NCBI GenBank assembly: GCA_943356375.1
Contig: CALRET010000001.1
Location: 1-48,437, forward strand
Source of the DNA: Candidatus Nomurabacteria bacterium
GTDB lineage: Bacteria > Patescibacteriota > Minisyncoccia > Phycocordibacterales > UBA9973
Length of the DNA: 48,437 nt
Direction: 5' to 3'
The notes below the pieces were generated by a model, which saw nothing but the letters and a program-made list of their open reading frames with translations, was not told the origin of the DNA and made no database searches. Positions 34,586 through 42,903 of this stretch are shown here, piece by piece. The position numbers and the translations under genes were made by a program. Position 1 is the stretch's first letter. Every line of letters starts with the position of its first letter.

Positions 34586-34602
34586 CTGGGTATCCGAATT
34601 TA

Positions 34603-34637
34603 CTAAAACCTAGTCCTTAGAACCTAGCACCTAGTTT
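34603..34637 (+). repeat. Degenerate heptamer array x5 (CTAG-rich)
   Basis: CTAAAAC CTAGTCC TTAGAAC CTAGCAC CTAGTTT, upstream of rpsF. Confidence 0.6.
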
Positions 34638-34674
34638 TTTGACAAATCGCTCCTTTCTTGCTAATGTATGACCC

Positions 34675-35166
34675 ATGGAAAAAGAAACGATTGAGGGAGC
34701 AGTAACAGCTCGAGTTTACGAACTCGGGTATCTCCTTGTCCCAACTCTCGCCGAAGAGAAGGTACGAGACGCTGCACAAAAAATTAAAGACACATTATCA
34801 CAGTTCGGCGCTACTCTATTATCAGAGGATTCACCGATATCGATCGATCTTGCGTATACAATGGCAAAAACCATTGAAAACAAGAAAGAGAAATTCGATG
34901 AAGCATATTTTGGTTGGATTAAGTTCGAGGTGCTTCCGGAAGGACTTGCATCTATTAAGAACTGGTGCGACAATGAAGTGGACATTATTCGATTTATTAT
35001 TATAAAAACGGTTCGTGAAAACACCGTATCGTCGAAAAGATCACTTGCAAAAGATAGTACCAAGAAAAAACAACCTGTTCTTGTCGAAGAAACCGAAGCC
35101 TCAAAACAAGTCATTGATGAAAAAGTTATCGATGAGCAGATTGAAGAATTGGTTACCCCAAAATAA
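34675..35166 (+). CDS. rpsF: 30S ribosomal protein S6 (with C-terminal extension)
   Basis: YELGYLLVP... core, and its position at the head of the conserved rpsF-ssb-rpsR operon. Confidence 0.75.
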   Translation: MEKETIEGAVTARVYELGYLLVPTLAEEKVRDAAQKIKDTLSQFGATLLSEDSPISIDLAYTMAKTIENKKEKFDEAYFGWIKFEVLPEGLASIKNWCDNEVDIIRFIIIKTVRENTVSSKRSLAKDSTKKKQPVLVEETEASKQVIDEKVIDEQIEELVTPK

Positions 35167-35169
35167 TAT

Positions 35170-35631
35170 ATGTATCTCAATAAAGCGATTATCATAGGAA
35201 ATCTAACCCGAGACCCGGAGCTCAAGTCGCTCCCGTCTGGTATTAAAGTGGCGAGTTTCGGTGTTGCTACTAACCGCACATGGAAAGATCAAACAGGTGC
35301 TAAAAAAGAAGCAGTTGAATATCACAATGTGGTCGCATTCGGTAAACAAGCGGAACTCATCGCTCAGTACTGCAAGAAAGGTAATTCTATTTATGTTGAA
35401 GGCCGAATGCAGACTCGAAGTTGGGATGCACAAGATGGATCTAAAAAATATCGCTCAGAGATCATTATTGAAAACTTCCAGTTCGGTCCAAAAGGATCAG
35501 GAGGAGGAAGTGATTCACCATATAGTCAATCAAGTGCTCCAGTGCCGAAAAGTGCAAAGAAAGAAGAAGATTCACTCGAATCGATAGAATATCCAGAAGA
35601 AGACATTAATGCTGAAGATATACCATTCTAG
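35170..35631 (+). CDS. ssb: Single-stranded DNA-binding protein
   Basis: MYLNKAIIIGNLTRDPELKSLPSG..VASFGVATNR.W OB fold. Gly/Ser-rich linker. Acidic tail ending in DIPF. Confidence 0.9.
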   Translation: MYLNKAIIIGNLTRDPELKSLPSGIKVASFGVATNRTWKDQTGAKKEAVEYHNVVAFGKQAELIAQYCKKGNSIYVEGRMQTRSWDAQDGSKKYRSEIIIENFQFGPKGSGGGSDSPYSQSSAPVPKSAKKEEDSLESIEYPEEDINAEDIPF

Positions 35632-35750
35632 ATAAATTTTCAATTATGATTTACAAAGTACAAATGAATTTAAAATTATTAAATTAAAAAATTGATTTGT
35701 AACTTATACTTTTAAATTAGAAATTTATTTTTATTAATATAAAAATACTT

Positions 35751-35951
35751 ATGAAACAAGATTATTTCTCATCAAATAATATCAAATACATCGATTATAA
35801 AGATGTTGATATTCTAAAGAAATTCCTAAATCCAAACGGACGTATCACAGGAAAGCGCCGAAGTGGTCTTACTGCAAAAAATCAACGCAAGCTCGCGACC
35901 GCAGTTAAGCACTCACGATTTATGGGACTTCTACCATTTATCGCAAAATAA
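35751..35951 (+). CDS. rpsR: 30S ribosomal protein S18
   Basis: IDYKDVDILKKFLNPNGRITGKRRSGLTAKNQRKLATAVKHSRFMGLLPF. Confidence 0.9.
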   Translation: MKQDYFSSNNIKYIDYKDVDILKKFLNPNGRITGKRRSGLTAKNQRKLATAVKHSRFMGLLPFIAK

Positions 35952-35962
35952 ACGGATAAATA

Positions 35963-35990
35963 AAAATCCCCGCTTTATGCGGGGTTTTTT
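35963..35990. terminator. Bidirectional intrinsic terminator
   Basis: AAAAATCCCCGC TTTAT GCGGGGTTTTTT. Confidence 0.7.
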
Positions 35991-36531
35991 AGTTCGTTAA
36001 AATATTTTCTTGTAATTCTTTTGAACCAATTATTTGGTAGGGAATATCCATACCACTTAGAATCTCTTCAGGTATATCAGAAACAGATAATACAATAAAT
36101 ATATCATAGGCGCCTGTACCAGACCGTACAATCTTTTCCAGGGATTCTTTTAGGGTTGTTGTTTTTGATTTGATGTTATTCCTACTGTATCTGATATCTT
36201 TTGTTTGTTGATATGGTGGATCAAGTGTTGGATCCAACAACTCTAACTGCCTCACTGCTAAACCTCTGGTTATTTTTGCTTTTGACAAAAATTCAGTAAT
36301 TTCATTTAGAGTGAATTCCAGCGCTTCACTGGTATTACCTGTTATACATAATGGATGTAATAATTTGCCACCCAGTGATTTGTCTTGCAGATGTGGAAAC
36401 ATATCCAGTAAATAGGTTTTCAACATAGTATTGAATCCTGAATAGTCACTTCTTTGTTGCGGAATAGTTGCAATCAAGATTTTTTCGTTAACCATATAAC
36501 GTACATTTCGTCTGAATATACTATACATCAT
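35989..36531 (-). CDS. Hypothetical protein
   Basis: 180-aa ORF. No motif recognised. Confidence 0.4.
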   Translation of the reverse strand: MMYSIFRRNVRYMVNEKILIATIPQQRSDYSGFNTMLKTYLLDMFPHLQDKSLGGKLLHPLCITGNTSEALEFTLNEITEFLSKAKITRGLAVRQLELLDPTLDPPYQQTKDIRYSRNNIKSKTTTLKESLEKIVRSGTGAYDIFIVLSVSDIPEEILSGMDIPYQIIGSKELQENILTN

Positions 36532-36559
36532 TAGTTGTAAAAAGGCAAGAGTTGTATAT

Positions 36560-36602
36560 ACAAAATCTCCTAGTGAACCGACGGTTCACTAGGAGATTTT
36601 GT
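36560..36602. terminator. 20-bp perfect hairpin downstream of efp
   Basis: ACAAAATCTCCTAGTGAACC GAC GGTTCACTAGGAGATTTTGT. The A/U-rich outer stem can act as the U-tract in either direction. Confidence 0.5.
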
Positions 36603-36667
36603 CTGATGTTTATTTATTATGCCCACCTTTGCACACTCGGTTTAGTTATCTCAGTATTTTCATGTGT

Positions 36668-37243
36668 CTATGCACGTTCGACATATTCACCGGATTCAGT
36701 GTTCACAATGATTCTTTGTCCTGCTTCGAGGAATAGTGGCCCGTTGAGTGTTGTTCCGTTTTCAAGAACAATAACTTTATTTCCTCCTGCTGCAGTATTT
36801 CCTTTCATTGATGGGGGAGCTTCTTTAATAGTGAATTCTATTTTTATTGGTAATTGAATCCCAATGACTATTTCTTCTTCGTCGTCATCTTCAAAAGTCA
36901 TAAGATCAACAATGACATCTTGTTTAAGGAATTTTGCAGGAGTACCAATTTTATCTTTTGGTATTGAAAATCTTTTTGCTGGGTCTGATTCTTCACAAAA
37001 CCAATAGTCGCCTTTTGCTTCGTATAAGAATTTTATTTTCCGTTTTCCGAGTTCTGCTTCTTCAACTTTTTCTGAGACATGGAAAGAAACTTCTGCTACG
37101 CGTCCAGTAAGGAGGTTTTTTAGTTTTGTCGCATTGACCGGTTTTCGCTGTTGTTTACGGAAAACATGACTTGAGAGGACCTCATAAGGTTCTCCTTCCC
37201 AGATGATCATTTTTCGTTCTCGGATTTCGCTATATTCCAACAT
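36668..37243 (-). CDS. efp: Elongation factor P (non-canonical beta3-beta4 loop)
   Basis: WEGEPYEVLSSHV...ATKLKNLLTGRV, KGNTAAGGNK and the C-terminal NTESGEYVERA match EF-P. Start at MLEYSEI (37243). Confidence 0.8.
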   Translation of the reverse strand: MLEYSEIRERKMIIWEGEPYEVLSSHVFRKQQRKPVNATKLKNLLTGRVAEVSFHVSEKVEEAELGKRKIKFLYEAKGDYWFCEESDPAKRFSIPKDKIGTPAKFLKQDVIVDLMTFEDDDEEEIVIGIQLPIKIEFTIKEAPPSMKGNTAAGGNKVIVLENGTTLNGPLFLEAGQRIIVNTESGEYVERA

Positions 37244-37388
37244 AGATGTAGATGATAAGTCATATATAATTATAGTAAACAATATGACCCAATCGAAGGG
37301 GAGTATAACAGAATAGAGCTCGATCGACAACCCATCTTGCTTGAGAAGTTGTTTTATTGTATTATCTGAAACAGATATATATGAGCAC

Positions 37389-37652
37389 ATGGGTCTTGAA
37401 AAAAACATTTCTTCATCACTCCCACTTAAAAATTACTGTATTGCGATCGAACGGTGCTTTGGATCTGGCACAAAAAACAATCACCTTTTTTCTGTAGGTC
37501 CCATTGAGCTTGATGATAAAAAGCGACTCAGTAAAAAGTATTTAAAAAAGATCAAGATCGAATCAAAGAAAAAATTACGAAATTTGGAAAAAGGGAGTTC
37601 CCAATATAAAAAAATGGAATCATTGAAAAAATACTTATCCAAGCATACCTAA
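37389..37652 (+). CDS. Small lysine-rich hypothetical protein
   Basis: 87-aa ORF followed directly by a terminator. No homology recognised. Confidence 0.3.
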   Translation: MGLEKNISSSLPLKNYCIAIERCFGSGTKNNHLFSVGPIELDDKKRLSKKYLKKIKIESKKKLRNLEKGSSQYKKMESLKKYLSKHT

Positions 37653-37657
37653 TACGG

Positions 37658-37684
37658 AAACCCCTGATTTTGCCAGGGGTTTTT
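37658..37684. terminator. Bidirectional intrinsic terminator
   Basis: AAACCCCTG ATTTTGC CAGGGGTTTTT. Confidence 0.65.
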
Positions 37685-37698
37685 ATATTTCGTATAGA

Positions 37699-38763
37699 TT
37701 ATTCAGTTCCGCTCTCCATCACTACTTCTTTCATGCGTTTCCTGACATCCTTCATAATCTGGTCGCGTAGCTTTGTATTTTCTTTCATAAAGGTTCGAGT
37801 TGCATCATATCCGCGTCCCAATTTTACTTCTTCACCTTTTTTTCCTTCCTTGTCGATAGGGGTGTAACTGTAACTAGTTCCTGATTTAGTCATGATGCCG
37901 AGTTTTTCTCCGAGAGCGATGAGTTCGCCTTCGAGCGAGATCCCTTCGCCATAAATGATATCGAATTCAGTTTGTTTGAATGGGGCAGCGACCTTATTCT
38001 TCACCACTTTGACACGTGTGCGAGAACCAACCACTTCCTCACCTTTTTTTATCTGTGCGATGCGTCTGATGTCGAGGCGGATTGAAGTATAGAATTTGAG
38101 GGCCTTTCCACCTGGAGTTGTTTCTGGGTTACCGAACATAACACCGATCTGCATGCGAATCTGGTTAATAAAGATAACCACTGTATTTGATTTAGAGACG
38201 ATTGCGGTTAATTTGCGGAGTGCTTGAGACATGAGACGTGCTTGTTTACCCATGTGTTGAGCGCCCATATCACCCTCAATTTCATCTTTTGGAGTCAATG
38301 CTGCTACTGAGTCGATAACAACGACAGCAATTTTACCTGAGCGAACCAGTGATTCACAGATTTCCAATCCTTGTTCTCCTGTGTCAGGTTGGGAGATGAG
38401 TAGATTATCAATATCAACACCGAGGGCTTTTGCATAATCAGGGTCCATTGCGTGTTCTGCATCAATGTATGCGCAGACACCGCCTTGTTTTTGAGCTTCT
38501 GCGACAATATGTGAAGCAAGCGTTGTCTTTCCAGATGATTCCGGACCAAAAATTTCAATGATACGGCCACAGGGAACACCGCCAATACCGAGTGCAATAT
38601 CAAGACCGATCGATCCAGTTGGGATAACTTTAACATCAACCTTTGGTGCCTCGCCAAATTTCATGATTGATCCTTCACCAAATTTTGTTTGAATTGAACG
38701 AATAGTATCTTCAATTCCAGCACCTACCACCTTTTTTTCTTTTTCCGCTTTCTTTTTCATCAT
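37699..38763 (-). CDS. recA: Recombinase RecA
   Basis: [34 protein letters not shown] (Walker A), [10 protein letters not shown] and [22 protein letters not shown]. Confidence 0.95.
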   Translation of the reverse strand: MMKKKAEKEKKVVGAGIEDTIRSIQTKFGEGSIMKFGEAPKVDVKVIPTGSIGLDIALGIGGVPCGRIIEIFGPESSGKTTLASHIVAEAQKQGGVCAYIDAEHAMDPDYAKALGVDIDNLLISQPDTGEQGLEICESLVRSGKIAVVVIDSVAALTPKDEIEGDMGAQHMGKQARLMSQALRKLTAIVSKSNTVVIFINQIRMQIGVMFGNPETTPGGKALKFYTSIRLDIRRIAQIKKGEEVVGSRTRVKVVKNKVAAPFKQTEFDIIYGEGISLEGELIALGEKLGIMTKSGTSYSYTPIDKEGKKGEEVKLGRGYDATRTFMKENTKLRDQIMKDVRKRMKEVVMESGTE

Positions 38764-38765
38764 AT

Positions 38766-38800
38766 GTATTAGATAGTAGCTTACAGCTTGTAGCTGATAG
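38766..38800 (-). repeat. Degenerate heptamer array x5
   Basis: The minus strand reads CTATCAG CTACAAG CTGTAAG CTACTAT CTAATAC. It overlaps the last codons of the four-helix-bundle gene and abuts the recA start. Confidence 0.65.
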
Positions 38801-39167
38801 GACCACTGTCTTGTTGAAATTTCTTTATAATAGTTGCTAACATTTTTTGTACCTCAATAACGAGACCTAGAGGTTTTTCAGTATCAATTGTAGCATATAA
38901 TTCTTTTGCAATAAGTAGTTGTGTTTCAAGTTCTGCGGCTGATCCACTTGCAATTCTTAAAAATTGTGAAAAATCTTTTTTTGTACCTCGCTTCTTACCC
39001 TCTGCTATATTTGAAGGAATTGATACAGCGGAACGTTCCATTTGAGAGCGTAAATTAAATATCTCAGATTTTGGGAGTTTTTCACATAACATATAGATTT
39101 CTTTAACTAATTGCATGGATCTTTGCCAAACAAGTAAATCTTTAAATGATGTTATTTGTGTACTCAT
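38781..39167 (-). CDS. Four-helix-bundle protein (23S rRNA intervening-sequence protein / Avd-like family)
   Basis: [18 protein letters not shown]...[44 protein letters not shown] is the characteristic family signature. Confidence 0.8.
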   Translation of the reverse strand: MSTQITSFKDLLVWQRSMQLVKEIYMLCEKLPKSEIFNLRSQMERSAVSIPSNIAEGKKRGTKKDFSQFLRIASGSAAELETQLLIAKELYATIDTEKPLGLVIEVQKMLATIIKKFQQDSGPISYKL

Positions 39168-39181
39168 CTTTTTGATTTCTC

Positions 39182-39216
39182 CTACAAGCTACAAGCTTTA
39201 ACCTATTATCTAGTCT
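39182..39216 (+). repeat. Degenerate heptamer array x5
   Basis: CTACAAG CTACAAG CTTTAAC CTATTAT CTAGTCT, immediately upstream (in gene sense) of the four-helix-bundle gene. Confidence 0.65.
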
Positions 39217-39551
39217 TAGCTATTAAAAAATTCTATCGTCTTAACCACTTCTCTTCCTATCCTATCTTCTGCCTTTAGTGTTACCACAGAATATCCTTTT
39301 TGAAGGAGTATTGTATCGGTAAACGTTTCGTCACGATCAATAAGGACAAGTCGGTCATTGATAGTCAATTCCTTTGCATGAAGGGCGTGTCCACTGAATT
39401 CAACCAATCGAGCATTTACTGAGTCTTGAGTAAATGAATATGAGAGAGTGAGTCGTTTCGAAGACCATATCATAAAGATAATATAAACCAGGAGAGCTAC
39501 TCCTAATAAAATAAATATTTTGTATTTTATTTTTTGCTTATCAGTGCTCAT
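39216..39551 (-). CDS. Hypothetical single-pass membrane protein
   Basis: 111 aa. N-terminal TM helix IFILLGVALLVYIIFMIW. Confidence 0.4.
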   Translation of the reverse strand: MSTDKQKIKYKIFILLGVALLVYIIFMIWSSKRLTLSYSFTQDSVNARLVEFSGHALHAKELTINDRLVLIDRDETFTDTILLQKGYSVVTLKAEDRIGREVVKTIEFFNS

Positions 39552-39584
39552 AATAACTAGATTATAGTAAAAGACAATTTATTA

Positions 39585-41777
39585 TTAATTCATTTCATCA
39601 CCGGATCCAGCTTGTTCCTGTGTCATCGTTTTCTCTAGAACATCTCGCGCTTTCGAACCGTTTCCTGGACCCACTACTCCACGTTCTTCCAGTATATCAA
39701 TAAGTCGTGCTGCGCGTGCGTAACCGACACCTAGTTTCCTTTGAAGGTATGATGTCGACGCCTTTCCACTTTCAATGACGATTTGTCGGGCTTGTTCGTA
39801 TAGTTCATCGTCTGCATCTTGCCCACCGTCAACCATTGAAGAGAAAATTGAATTTACTGCTTCGACAGGTCCTGAAAGTTCGATTGTATCAGGTACTTCA
39901 TCTTTAAATGCTTGTACGAGGTATTTTACCACATTTTTTACTTCTTCTTCAGAGATGAATGCAGACTGTAAACGTCTTGGTTGTCCTTCACCATCAGCAT
40001 AGAGCATATCTCCGGCACCCAAGAGTTTTTCAGCTCCTGCAGAGTCCAAGATAGTACGTGAGTCGACTTGCGTTGGTACACGAAGCGCGATACGGGTTGG
40101 GACGTTTGCTTTGATAAGTCCAGTAATGACATTCACTTCTGGACGCTGGGTTGAGAGAATAAGGTGAATACCAACCGCACGAGACATTTGTGCAAGGCGA
40201 ACGATCGCTGCTTCGAGCTCTCGAGGATATGTTTGCATAATGTCGGCAAGTTCATCGATGATAATGACGATATAGGGTAGTGGGTCGATCCCTTCAATAG
40301 CTTCTTCATCTTTCGCTTTTGATTTTTCATTTTTAATTTGATTGTGATACGACTCGATGTCACGCACAGATTCAGCTTGGAGGATGTCATATCGACGATC
40401 CATTTCTTTTGCAGCCCATTTGAGAGCCAAGATACATTTCTTCGCATCAGTGATTACTGGGGTAAGGAGGTGAGGGATTTTGTTGTAGAGAGTCAATTCG
40501 ACACGTTTTGGGTCGACGAAAATAAGCTTGAGATCATCTGGACTATTGCGGTAGAGGAGTGAGGTAATAATCGTGTGAATGGTTACGGATTTTCCGGAAC
40601 CAGTTGTTCCTGCAATAAGAGCATGAGGCATTTTTGCCATATTTGCAAAATGTGCACGACCGGAAATATCTCGTCCGATTGCAACAGTAAGTGCTTTTGA
40701 CGCATTTTTGAATTTTTCGTCTGCGAGCAAGGTCCCTAGTCCGACTGTTGATTTTGTTTTATTTGGTATTTCAATACCCACAAGCGATTTCCCGGGAATT
40801 GGAGCTTCTATACGGATCGGGTGTGCAGCGAGAGCCATAGCCATATCATTCTGGAGACCGACAATACGAGAGAGTTTAACGCCGACCGCGGGTTTGAGTG
40901 CATAGCGAGTTACTGTTGGACCAATAGTAACTTCATCCATTTCGACTTCGATGCCAAAGTTAAGGAGTGTTCGTTTAATAATATTTGCATTTGCTTTGAT
41001 ATCTCCAACATTTGCTTTTCCACGATCTTGCTCAAGAAGAGAAAGGGGAGGGGGAACATAGTTACCATGGAATTTAAATCCTGAATGAGATTTAGAAACA
41101 GGCTCAAATTCATCATCAGTATCTTTTTCTTCTTTGGTACTTTTCCTACTCTCTTCTTGTAGAGGTTTTTCGTCTTCAGTATCTGCAACACTTTCTTCTT
41201 CAGATGTCTCTGTGTAGTCTGCAGTATCAGAAATAGAAACAACAGCTACAGAAGTGCTTTTTTTAAATTTATTTTTAAACCATTCAGATAGTTGTGAGAA
41301 ATCAGGTTTTACATCAAAAAGAACCAACAGAGAAATGACAAGTATTGCAGTCAAAAATATAACCCCTGCAAAAGTCTCAAAGAGTGCAACAAAAGGGAAA
41401 CCAACTGCATGACCAATAATTCCCCCACGTGCAGTTACTGATAATAGATCTAAAATTCCCAATCCCGAAAGAAAGAAAATGAGCGCACTGATTGTATGAA
41501 TTGTTGCAAGATTTGGACGTTCGCTTTTAAGAAAAGTAATACCGAGTAACGTGAGAATAAGCGGGACTAATATATACCCAAGACCAAACAATGCGGTGAG
41601 AGAGTTGTACACAAAATCTCCCGCAACACCGCCTTTGTGGAATGCCGCAATAACAAAAAAGAAAGCAAAGAGGAGACATACAATAGCGTATATTCCATGT
41701 TTTGTTTCTTGGCGAATTATTTTAAGCGGACTTTCAGTTTCCTTTTTCTTTGTTGGTTTGGTGTCGGTTTTTTTCAT
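39585..41777 (-). CDS. ftsK: DNA translocase FtsK
   Basis: N-terminal TM helices, acidic linker, motor domain with GTTGSGKS (Walker A) and IIIDELADIM (Walker B), and a C-terminal gamma winged helix (YEQARQIV...STSYLQRKLGVGYARAARLIDILEERG). Confidence 0.95.
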   Translation of the reverse strand: MKKTDTKPTKKKETESPLKIIRQETKHGIYAIVCLLFAFFFVIAAFHKGGVAGDFVYNSLTALFGLGYILVPLILTLLGITFLKSERPNLATIHTISALIFFLSGLGILDLLSVTARGGIIGHAVGFPFVALFETFAGVIFLTAILVISLLVLFDVKPDFSQLSEWFKNKFKKSTSVAVVSISDTADYTETSEEESVADTEDEKPLQEESRKSTKEEKDTDDEFEPVSKSHSGFKFHGNYVPPPLSLLEQDRGKANVGDIKANANIIKRTLLNFGIEVEMDEVTIGPTVTRYALKPAVGVKLSRIVGLQNDMAMALAAHPIRIEAPIPGKSLVGIEIPNKTKSTVGLGTLLADEKFKNASKALTVAIGRDISGRAHFANMAKMPHALIAGTTGSGKSVTIHTIITSLLYRNSPDDLKLIFVDPKRVELTLYNKIPHLLTPVITDAKKCILALKWAAKEMDRRYDILQAESVRDIESYHNQIKNEKSKAKDEEAIEGIDPLPYIVIIIDELADIMQTYPRELEAAIVRLAQMSRAVGIHLILSTQRPEVNVITGLIKANVPTRIALRVPTQVDSRTILDSAGAEKLLGAGDMLYADGEGQPRRLQSAFISEEEVKNVVKYLVQAFKDEVPDTIELSGPVEAVNSIFSSMVDGGQDADDELYEQARQIVIESGKASTSYLQRKLGVGYARAARLIDILEERGVVGPGNGSKARDVLEKTMTQEQAGSGDEMN

Positions 41778-41913
41778 TACTTTTGTTGTGTAAAATGTGT
41801 GGATAACTTTTTCAGATATATATCGAAAAGATAAATGTATTTTAGCACAAACAACAGCACAATTTCTAATTTACTTACGCTTTAAATTAAGTGTTTATTT
41901 GAATTCGCATTTT

Positions 41914-41948
41914 CTACAAGCTGTCAGCTACTAGCTACTATCTGTCCA
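41914..41948 (+). repeat. Degenerate heptamer array x5
   Basis: CTACAAG CTGTCAG CTACTAG CTACTAT CTGTCCA. Preceded by TTCGCATTTTCTA, as at 19192. Confidence 0.65.
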
Positions 41949-42038
41949 TAGGCTTGCATTTCTTTTTGTCCGATATATAATCAGGCATATCAGATGTCTC
42001 TGAGAAGAATTTTTACGATAAAAGACACTTTAGAGACA

Positions 42039-42075
42039 CTCACCTGTAGCAAGAACTGTTCTTGCTACAGGTGAG
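42039..42075. repeat. REP-like palindrome, solo copy (18-bp stem)
   Basis: CTCACCTGTAGCAAGAAC T GTTCTTGCTACAGGTGAG. Same core as the hairpins flanking the RAYT-like genes. Confidence 0.8.
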
Positions 42076-42093
42076 TAATGTCTCATACAAACT

Positions 42094-42903
42094 ATGGAAA
42101 ACAAAAGGGAAAATCAAAAAGACACCGTTTCCACACTCAATGATTCAAGGGACACTTTTACTCATGCTATAGGACTTCGAACAGAAAAGATCCTCTCGGC
42201 TCTCTATATGGTAACCGACTGTATGGAAGGGGAAGATCCTATTAAACAAAAAGTCCGCACACTCGGTGTCGAAATGGTCGCAAAAGTCAGATCTCTCGCA
42301 CTTGGGTTACCTACCGAACGACACCTTCTCTTTAGGGAAGTTTTTAATACAATAACCATGATGATCGGCTATTTGAGCGTTGCTAAAACAATCGGCTTTA
42401 TATCCGAAATGAACTACTCTATTTTATGCAAAGAATTACAGTCAGTGGGCGAATCGCTAGATAAGAATATTTCGAACGGTTTTATGTCGTTGCCGATACA
42501 GGGAAAAGGGTTTAACTTACCAGAAAACTTTTTTATAGCAGAAGATTTAGACACTTCTGATTTTAGAGGGCAAATAGCTTATAAAGGACATCTTAAGGAC
42601 AATACTAATGTCCCTAAGAATGTCCAATACAACACGGCCTATATACCAAAACCACGCTTCCAGTCTATCGGACAAAATATTCAAACAAATAAGTTTCCAA
42701 AGATAAAAATTGACAGAAAAAAGATCATTATTGAAACGGTTAAACAGAAAGAAAATGTAATGATTAAAGATGTTATTCCACTTTTCACGGATTGTAGTGA
42801 AAAAACAATTCAACGAGAATTAAGTGATCTCGTTTCTCAGGGAATACTCAAAAAGACAGGGGACAAACGATGGAGTAAATACTCACTCCAAAAGTCTCAA
42901 TAA
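42094..42903 (+). CDS. Hypothetical protein with C-terminal winged-helix/DeoR-like HTH
   Basis: C-terminus VMIKDVIPLFTDCSEKTIQRELSDLVSQGILKKTGDKRWSKYSL. Confidence 0.45.
   Translation: MENKRENQKDTVSTLNDSRDTFTHAIGLRTEKILSALYMVTDCMEGEDPIKQKVRTLGVEMVAKVRSLALGLPTERHLLFREVFNTITMMIGYLSVAKTIGFISEMNYSILCKELQSVGESLDKNISNGFMSLPIQGKGFNLPENFFIAEDLDTSDFRGQIAYKGHLKDNTNVPKNVQYNTAYIPKPRFQSIGQNIQTNKFPKIKIDRKKIIIETVKQKENVMIKDVIPLFTDCSEKTIQRELSDLVSQGILKKTGDKRWSKYSLQKSQ

Noticed and set aside
34716-35279. 187-aa minus-strand ORF antisense to rpsF/ssb, and similar antisense ORFs inside ileS, ftsK, the 635-aa gene, metG and the acidic surface-protein gene
   Set aside because: They lie fully within strongly supported genes on the opposite strand, have Ser/low-complexity-rich composition and show no recognisable motifs. 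This is typical shadow-ORF behaviour.
36560-36602. 20-bp perfect hairpin as another REP-family member
   Set aside because: It shares no core sequence with the TAGCAAGRAC palindromes and occurs exactly where efp needs a terminator. It is best explained as a strong terminator.
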